Assembly: GCA_963667465.2 (NCBI GenBank)
Contig: CAXXDN010000002.1
Coordinates: 1,344,001-1,408,000 of the forward strand
Source of the DNA: Dehalococcoidia bacterium
GTDB taxonomy: Bacteria > Chloroflexota > Dehalococcoidia > UBA2979
Length of the DNA stretch: 64,000 nucleotides
Reading direction: 5' to 3'
Shown: one piece after another, positions 58,465 through 64,000 of the stretch
How the letters are laid out: every line of letters begins with the position of its first letter
Position numbering within the stretch: position 1 is the stretch's first letter
The notes under the pieces: model-generated
Told to the model about the DNA's origin: nothing
The model's database searches: none
Seen by the model: only the letters and a program-made list of their open reading frames with translations
Made by a program: the position numbers and the translations under genes

Positions 58465-59273
58465 GCGCCGACCAGGCCGCGACCTACCCCTCGCTGGCCG
58501 GGAAGCGCGCCGTCGTCATCGGCGGCTCGCGCGGCATCGGCCGCGCGATCTCGCTGCGCCTCGCTGCCGAGGGCTGCCACGTGCTCGTCAACTACGCGCG
58601 CAGCGCCGAGGCCGCCGAGCAGACCGCCGCCGCGTGCCGCGCCCGAGGCGTCGGGGCAGAGGCGGTGCGCGCCGACGCCGGGGACCGCGACGACATGGCC
58701 GCGCTGTTCGCACGCGTCGCGGAGTGGGGCGGCGTCGACCTGCTGGTGAATAACGCCGCGCGCGGCCTCGAGCGTCCGAGGCCGGCGATCTCCCAGCGCC
58801 CGGGCCACCTGCACTCGACGATGGACGTGAACCTGTTCGGCCCCTGGCAGGCCGCGCAGGCCGCCGTGCCGCTGATGGAGGAGCGCGGCGGCGGCAGCAT
58901 CGTCAACCTGCTCTCGCCGGGGGCCTGGCAGTACATGCCGGACTACTCGGCAGTGGCCGTGAGCAAGGCGGCGCTCGCCTCGCTGACGCGCTACCTCGCC
59001 GTCGAGCTTGCCCCGCGCGGGATCCGCGTCAACGCCGTCTCCGCCGGCTGGGTCGAGGCCTCCGAGGGCGAGCACTCCTACCGCAGCGGCGTCTCCGACG
59101 CCGTGCGCCCGCACGTCCCGGCCGGCCGCAACGTTGCCCCCGAGGACGTCGCCGCCGCCGTCGCCTGGGTCTGCTCCGGCGAGGCGCCGATGCTCGTCGG
59201 CCAGACGGTCCACCTCGACGGCGGCTTCGGCCTCTCCGCCTGGAACGCTATCCTCGACCCCGACTCGCGATGA
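58461..59273 (+). CDS. SDR, FabL/FabI-like enoyl-thioester reductase type
   Basis: GGSRGIG, NNAA, YSAVAVSK (Y-x6-K), RYLAVEL. Confidence 0.8.
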   Translation: MSADQAATYPSLAGKRAVVIGGSRGIGRAISLRLAAEGCHVLVNYARSAEAAEQTAAACRARGVGAEAVRADAGDRDDMAALFARVAEWGGVDLLVNNAARGLERPRPAISQRPGHLHSTMDVNLFGPWQAAQAAVPLMEERGGGSIVNLLSPGAWQYMPDYSAVAVSKAALASLTRYLAVELAPRGIRVNAVSAGWVEASEGEHSYRSGVSDAVRPHVPAGRNVAPEDVAAAVAWVCSGEAPMLVGQTVHLDGGFGLSAWNAILDPDSR

Positions 59274-60124
59274 CCGCCCCCGGCCGTGAACTCGAAGGCC
59301 GCGTCGCCGTTGTGACCGGGGCGAGCCGGGGGATCGGGCTCGCGATCGCCCGGCGCTTCGCGGCGGCGGGGGCGCACGTCGCCGTCGTCGCGAGGAGCCT
59401 CGACACATCCTCGACGTTCCCGGGGACGCTCGCGGAGACGGTGCGGCTGATCGAGGACGCAGGCGGGAGCGCCTTCCCGGTCCGGGCGGACATCACGCAG
59501 GCCGCCGACCGCGCCCGGCTGATCGAGGCGGTGCAGGCCGAGCTGGGACCGATCGACGTGCTGGTGAACAACGCGGGGACGGCCTCGTACTCACCGGCCG
59601 CCGACGTCTCCCCCGAGGACTACGACTACACGGTGGCCCAGTACTTCCGTGCGCCGTTCGAGCTCTCCCAGCGGGTCATCCCGGGGATGCGCGAGCTTGG
59701 CGGCGGCTGGATCGTCAACATCGGCTCGGTCACGGCGCGCCACCCCGAGGGACCGCCCTACAACGAGTCGGCCCGCACCCTCGGCCTCGTGCTCTACGCC
59801 TCGCTGAAGGCGGCGCTGCACCGCTTTGGCAGCGGCCTCGCGGCCGAGCTGCACGAGGACGGCATCGCCGTCAACTCGCTCGCCCCCACGCGAGCCGTGC
59901 GCACGCCCAGCGTCGAGGCGGCCGGGGTGCTCTCCCCCGATCGGCCGGAGATCATCGAGCCTGTCGAGTTCATGGCGGAGGCCGCGCTGGCGCTCTGCGC
60001 CGGCGACCCGCGGACGCTCACCGGGCGCGTGGCGTACAGCAGCCCGCTGCTCCTCGAGCTGGGCCGCGCCGTTCGCACCCTCGACGGTCGCGAGGTGTAC
60101 TCGATCCAGCCTGTGGCGCAGTAG
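59270..60124 (+). CDS. SDR oxidoreductase
   Basis: TGASRGIG, NNAG, YASLK. Confidence 0.88.
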   Translation: MTAPGRELEGRVAVVTGASRGIGLAIARRFAAAGAHVAVVARSLDTSSTFPGTLAETVRLIEDAGGSAFPVRADITQAADRARLIEAVQAELGPIDVLVNNAGTASYSPAADVSPEDYDYTVAQYFRAPFELSQRVIPGMRELGGGWIVNIGSVTARHPEGPPYNESARTLGLVLYASLKAALHRFGSGLAAELHEDGIAVNSLAPTRAVRTPSVEAAGVLSPDRPEIIEPVEFMAEAALALCAGDPRTLTGRVAYSSPLLLELGRAVRTLDGREVYSIQPVAQ

Positions 60125-60154
60125 GAGTCGCGCCGGCGAGAGCGGCGCGGCGGG

Positions 60155-60613
60155 TCAGACCGCGTGGGCCGCGCCGGCGTCCGCGAGCGCCCGCTCGACC
60201 GCGGCCTCCTGCCGCGATCCGAGCAGTCGCGCACCCTCGCCGTCGACGAGCACGATCGTCCCGCGACCGACAGCCTGGTGCTCCTCGATCTGCACCGAGT
60301 CGAAGCGCGTATCGACGATGAAGCCCGTCGGCGCAGTGTGCATCAGATCCTCGAGCGACTCGGTCAGCACGGAGACCGTCGCGATGCCGTCGAGGTGCCT
60401 GAGCGACCCGACCAGCTCCGCGGGCTCCTGGTCGAGGTGCAGGCCAACGGAGAGCAGCAGATCCTCGACGTCGGGATCGCCGCCGGGCATCGAGGGCGCG
60501 TCGCCGACCTTGAGCTCCTGCGGGTGCGAGGCGTTGAGCGCCGCGCCGATGCGCACGGCGTCGTCGGGACGCAGGGTCCAGCAGAAGCGAATGTTGGTGT
60601 CTTCCCCCGCCAT
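60155..60613 (-). CDS. Hypothetical protein
   Basis: Coding-like composition; extended -10 TGcTAGGCT 6 nt before the ATG. Confidence 0.6.
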   Translation of the reverse strand: MAGEDTNIRFCWTLRPDDAVRIGAALNASHPQELKVGDAPSMPGGDPDVEDLLLSVGLHLDQEPAELVGSLRHLDGIATVSVLTESLEDLMHTAPTGFIVDTRFDSVQIEEHQAVGRGTIVLVDGEGARLLGSRQEAAVERALADAGAAHAV

Positions 60614-60733
60614 GCGAGGAGCCTAGCACGTATAGCGATAGCCCCGCCGGGCTCGCTGCGAGGCCTGGCTCCGCCAGGTCGCTCCCAGGCTGAGGTGGGG
60701 TGGGAGATTCAGGGCGCCGCAGCCTCCTCCGAT

Positions 60734-60775
60734 CCCCTCACCCCGCCCTCTCCCGCAAGGGGCGAGGGGGCCGGA
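60734..60775 (+). repeat. REP-like palindromic repeat, copy 3
   Basis: CCCCTCACCCCGCCCTCTCCCGCAAGGGGCGAGGGGGCCGGA. Confidence 0.75.
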
Positions 60776-60839
60776 CCGCTCTCGAAACGGGAGTTTCGCG
60801 AGGTTCCCCGAGGGAGCGGGAACAGGCGGCCGGCCGCGG

Positions 60840-62513
60840 CTACCCCGTGATCGCGCCCTCCGCGGCGCTCGAGACGGAGCGCGCGTACTTCGCGAACACG
60901 CCGCGCTCCCAGCGCGGCGGGGGCGGCGTCCACTCCTCGAGGCGGCGCTCCACCTCCGCCGCGTCCACCTCGAGGTCGAGCGTGCGACCGTCGATGTCGA
61001 AGGCGATCGTGTCGCCCTCGCGGACGGCGGCGATCGGGCCGCCCGCGGCGGCCTCGGGCGCGACGTGGCCGGCCATCAGCCCGCGCGTCGCGCCGCTGAA
61101 GCGCCCGTCCGTGAGCAGCGCCACCGTCTCGCCGAGGCCCGCGCCGACCAGCGCCGCGGTCACGCCCAGCATCTCGCGCATGCCCGGTCCGCCGACCGGG
61201 CCCTCGTTGCGGATCACCAGCACGTCGCCCTCGTTGATCGAGCCGGCGAGCACGGCCGCGAGGGCGTCCTCCTCCTGCTCGAAGACGCGCGCCGGGCCGC
61301 GGTGCTGCGTCCGCTCGTAGCCCGCGACCTTCACCACGCAGCCGTCGGGCGCGAGGCTGCCATGCAGGATCACGAGGCCGCCCGTCTCCTTCAGCGGGTC
61401 GTCGAGCGAGCGCACGACGTCCTGGCCCGGCGTCTCGACGGCGTCCGCGGCCTCCTCGGCCAGCGTCCGGCCGGTGACCGTCATGACGCCGCCGTGGACC
61501 TTGCCGCCCTCAACGAGGCGCTGGGCGACGAGCTGGATGCCGCCCGCGCGGTCGAGGTCGAGCGCGACGTAGCGCCCGCCCGGCCGCAGGTCGCCGATCA
61601 GCGGCGTCTGCTCGCTGATCTCGTCGAAGTCGTCGATCTCGAGCGGGATGCCTGCCTCGCGCGCGAGCGCGAGCAGGTGCAGCACCACGTTCGTCGAGCC
61701 GCCCGTGGCGGCGGCGCAGGCGATGCCGTTCTCGATCGCCTCGCGCGTGAGGATCTCGCTCGGCTTCAGCCCACGCTGCAGCACGTCCATCACCAGCTGC
61801 CCGGCCTCGAAGCCGACGCGGTCCTTGCGCGGGTCGGTGGCGCCGACCGAGCCACTGCCCATCGGCGCGATGCCGAGGAACTCGAGCACCATCGCCATGG
61901 TGTTGGCGGTGTACTGCGCGCCGCAGGCGCCCGCGCCGGGGCAGGCGGCGTCCTCGATCGCCGTCAGTTGCTCGTCGGTGATCGTGCCGGCGGCGTGCTG
62001 GCCGACGCCCTCGAAGACGTCCTGGATCGTCAGGTCGCGCCCGTCGAGCACGCCCGGGTCGATCGATCCGCTGTAGAGCGCGAGGCTCGGGATGTCGAGG
62101 CGCGCGAGGGCGAGCGTGGCCGCGGGGATCGTCTTGTCGCAGCCGACGAGGACGACCGCCGCGTCGAAGCCGTAGCCGATGCCGCACAGCTCAATCGAGT
62201 CGGCGATCAGCTCGCGGCTGATCAGCGAGGCCTTCATGCCCTGCGTGCCCATCGAGATGCCGTCGCTGATCGAGACGGTGTTGACCTCCATCGGCGTGCC
62301 GCCGGCGGCGCGCACGCCGGCCATGACGTGCTGCGCCAACTCGCGCTGGCTGAAGTTGCAGGGCATCGTGCCGATCCAGCTGTGCGCGACCATCACCAGC
62401 GGGCGCTGCAGGTCCTCGCTGGAGAGTCCGACTGACTTGAGGTACGAGCGCGCGGGCGCGCGGTCCGGCCCGTCGACGACCGTACGGCTGCGGTGCCGGG
62501 GGTCAAACGTCAT
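60840..62513 (-). CDS. ilvD: Dihydroxy-acid dehydratase
   Basis: [56 protein letters not shown]. Confidence 0.95.
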   Translation of the reverse strand: MTFDPRHRSRTVVDGPDRAPARSYLKSVGLSSEDLQRPLVMVAHSWIGTMPCNFSQRELAQHVMAGVRAAGGTPMEVNTVSISDGISMGTQGMKASLISRELIADSIELCGIGYGFDAAVVLVGCDKTIPAATLALARLDIPSLALYSGSIDPGVLDGRDLTIQDVFEGVGQHAAGTITDEQLTAIEDAACPGAGACGAQYTANTMAMVLEFLGIAPMGSGSVGATDPRKDRVGFEAGQLVMDVLQRGLKPSEILTREAIENGIACAAATGGSTNVVLHLLALAREAGIPLEIDDFDEISEQTPLIGDLRPGGRYVALDLDRAGGIQLVAQRLVEGGKVHGGVMTVTGRTLAEEAADAVETPGQDVVRSLDDPLKETGGLVILHGSLAPDGCVVKVAGYERTQHRGPARVFEQEEDALAAVLAGSINEGDVLVIRNEGPVGGPGMREMLGVTAALVGAGLGETVALLTDGRFSGATRGLMAGHVAPEAAAGGPIAAVREGDTIAFDIDGRTLDLEVDAAEVERRLEEWTPPPPRWERGVFAKYARSVSSAAEGAITG

Positions 62514-62578
62514 CTCCCACCTCCGTGGACTGCGTGCCGGGCATCCACCCCAAGAATCGCGCGACTGCGCCGTGGCTG

Positions 62579-63121
62579 CTAGGGGAAGTCCTCGTCCTCG
62601 CCCTCGACCGGTATTTCCTCCTCGTCCGAGTGGCCGTTGGCGCCGGGGCAGAAGTGCGTCCCGTCGCCCTCGAGCGGCCGCCCGCAGAGCGGGCAGCGCG
62701 GGCGTCCCGCGGCGACGACCGAGCCGATGCGAGCGACGAGCGAGCGCGCTGCGTCGCGGCCGATCTCCATGCGGAAGGCGGGGGTCGCGCCCTGCGTCAG
62801 CGCCTCCTGGTCGTCGGCGAGCAGGCGCACGCGCCCGCCGCCATCCTCGCTGTAGTCGAGGCCAAGCCGCGCCACCTGCAACTCGATGTCGGGGTCGCCG
62901 AACTCGCCCATGCCGGGCGGTGCGGGAAGCGGATCTTCGCGCCGTGGGGCGCGGTCGGCGAGCAGCCGCGAGATCGCGCGGCCGAGGACGGTGAGCTGCT
63001 CCTTCTCCATCCAGAGCGCGGCGCGCATCGCGCCGGAGCGGGCGCGTAGGCGGAAGGTGCGCTGGCCCGGCTCGCCGATCGCCTCGGCGTCCACCACGTC
63101 CACGAGGCCAAAGTCGATCAT
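62579..63121 (-). CDS. DUF3090 family protein
   Basis: [37 protein letters not shown]. Confidence 0.85.
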   Translation of the reverse strand: MIDFGLVDVVDAEAIGEPGQRTFRLRARSGAMRAALWMEKEQLTVLGRAISRLLADRAPRREDPLPAPPGMGEFGDPDIELQVARLGLDYSEDGGGRVRLLADDQEALTQGATPAFRMEIGRDAARSLVARIGSVVAAGRPRCPLCGRPLEGDGTHFCPGANGHSDEEEIPVEGEDEDFP

Positions 63122-63196
63122 CGCGCGCGCGGCCTCGCTCGTTCGTCACGTCTCGCGGTGTCGGTCGCTGGAGCGTAGGCAGCGCGCGATCGGCGG

Positions 63197-63415
63197 TCAA
63201 CCGCGCTCGCGTCCGCCATGTACCCCTGGTGGCGCGATCGGCCAGTCCGCCCTGCGGATCGACGCGCTGATCTGATCGAACAGGACATCGACAGCGGGTG
63301 AGCTCGTGACGCGTTCGACCTCCGTGCCCGTCGAAGGATCGATGGCGAGTATTGAGCCCGTGTCCGCGTCGATCAGCGTGCCCCCCCGCCCACGACGAGC
63401 TGAGTGGATACGCAT
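63197..63415 (-). CDS. Small hypothetical ORF or gene remnant
   Basis: ATG after AAGAGG; 72 aa; no recognised motif. Confidence 0.3.
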   Translation of the reverse strand: MRIHSARRGRGGTLIDADTGSILAIDPSTGTEVERVTSSPAVDVLFDQISASIRRADWPIAPPGVHGGRERG

Positions 63416-63505
63416 ACCGCCTCTTGTATGACCCGCGTGTCCCGGCGAGGCGCCCGCACCGCTCTCGCGCAGCCCGCAACCCGCGCCTCGCCTACCATGG
63501 AGGCC

Positions 63506-64000
63506 ATGACCGCGCCCCCGCCCCCAGGCATCGAGGTGCACCACGACGTGCCGCTCGCGCGGCATACCTACCTGCGGCTTGGCGGGCCCGCGCGCTACTT
63601 CGCGATCCCCGAGGACGTCGCACAGCTCGAGCGGCTCCTCCGCTGGGCGCGCGACGAGGCGCTCTCCGTGCGCGTGCTCGGCGGCGGCTCCAACCTGCTC
63701 GTCGCCGACGAGGGCGTCGACGCCCTCGTCGTCTCGCTGCGGCGCGCCACCGGCTCCTATCGCTTCGAGGACGATCGCGTCAGCGCCGGGGCGGCGGTGA
63801 TGCTGCCCGCGCTCAGCCGCGCTGCCGCCGACCGCGGCCTCGGCGGCCTCGAGTTCGCGATCGGCATCCCCGGCGCCGTCGGCGGCGCGCTCAACAGCAA
63901 CGCCGGCATCGGCGACGGCCGCGCGATCGGCAACCTCGTCGAGTCCGTCGAGGTGCTCGGCGGACGCGGTCGCATGACGCTCCCGCGCGACCAGCTCTAC
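63506..64000 (+). CDS. murB: UDP-N-acetylmuramate dehydrogenase, 3' end truncated by the window edge
   Basis: Translated by hand: LARHTYLRLGGPARYF, VLGGGSNLLVADEG, GLEFAIGIPGAVGGA..NAG; absent from the ORF track because there is no stop in the window. Confidence 0.92.
   Translation, partial: MTAPPPPGIEVHHDVPLARHTYLRLGGPARYFAIPEDVAQLERLLRWARDEALSVRVLGGGSNLLVADEGVDALVVSLRRATGSYRFEDDRVSAGAAVMLPALSRAAADRGLGGLEFAIGIPGAVGGALNSNAGIGDGRAIGNLVESVEVLGGRGRMTLPRDQLY

Noticed and set aside
60840-63479. 879-aa ORF suggesting an N-terminally extended IlvD fusion
   Set aside because: The extension is an alternate frame over DUF3090; IlvD homology begins at ATG 62513 after a GGAGG RBS.

Overview
Very GC-rich (roughly 70% by eye) bacterial chromosome segment. 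16S motifs and gene content suggest Chloroflexota, probably class Dehalococcoidia (inferred, not database-checked). From left to right: (1) a partial MetE-like gene and a split B12-dependent methylmalonyl-CoA mutase cluster (large subunit, DinB, tandem-domain epimerase, small subunit, MeaB); (2) ftsB, tilS and a complete rRNA operon with the unusual order 16S-tRNAIle-tRNAAla-23S-tRNAfMet-5S; (3) housekeeping genes rpsA, clpC, mreBCD-mrdA-rodA, ligA, hisHAFI, rplU-rpmA-rpmE, dedA and ftsH; (4) a decayed islet with a HigBA-like toxin-antitoxin pair; (5) a catabolic region with a second, isobutyryl-CoA-mutase-like large subunit, a Leu/Val dehydrogenase, cofC/cofD, F420-dependent oxidoreductases, a phosphotriesterase-family enzyme and several SDRs; (6) ilvD and a partial murB. 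The most notable signals are a restriction-modification-type controller (C) protein with an intact double C-box but no R-M genes, two mutase paralogs with swapped specificity residues and only one small subunit in the window, an initiator tRNA inserted between 23S and 5S, an apparent ATC start codon for rplU, and several probable leaderless genes. No CRISPR array, integrase or transposase was seen. All calls come from motif recognition by eye.
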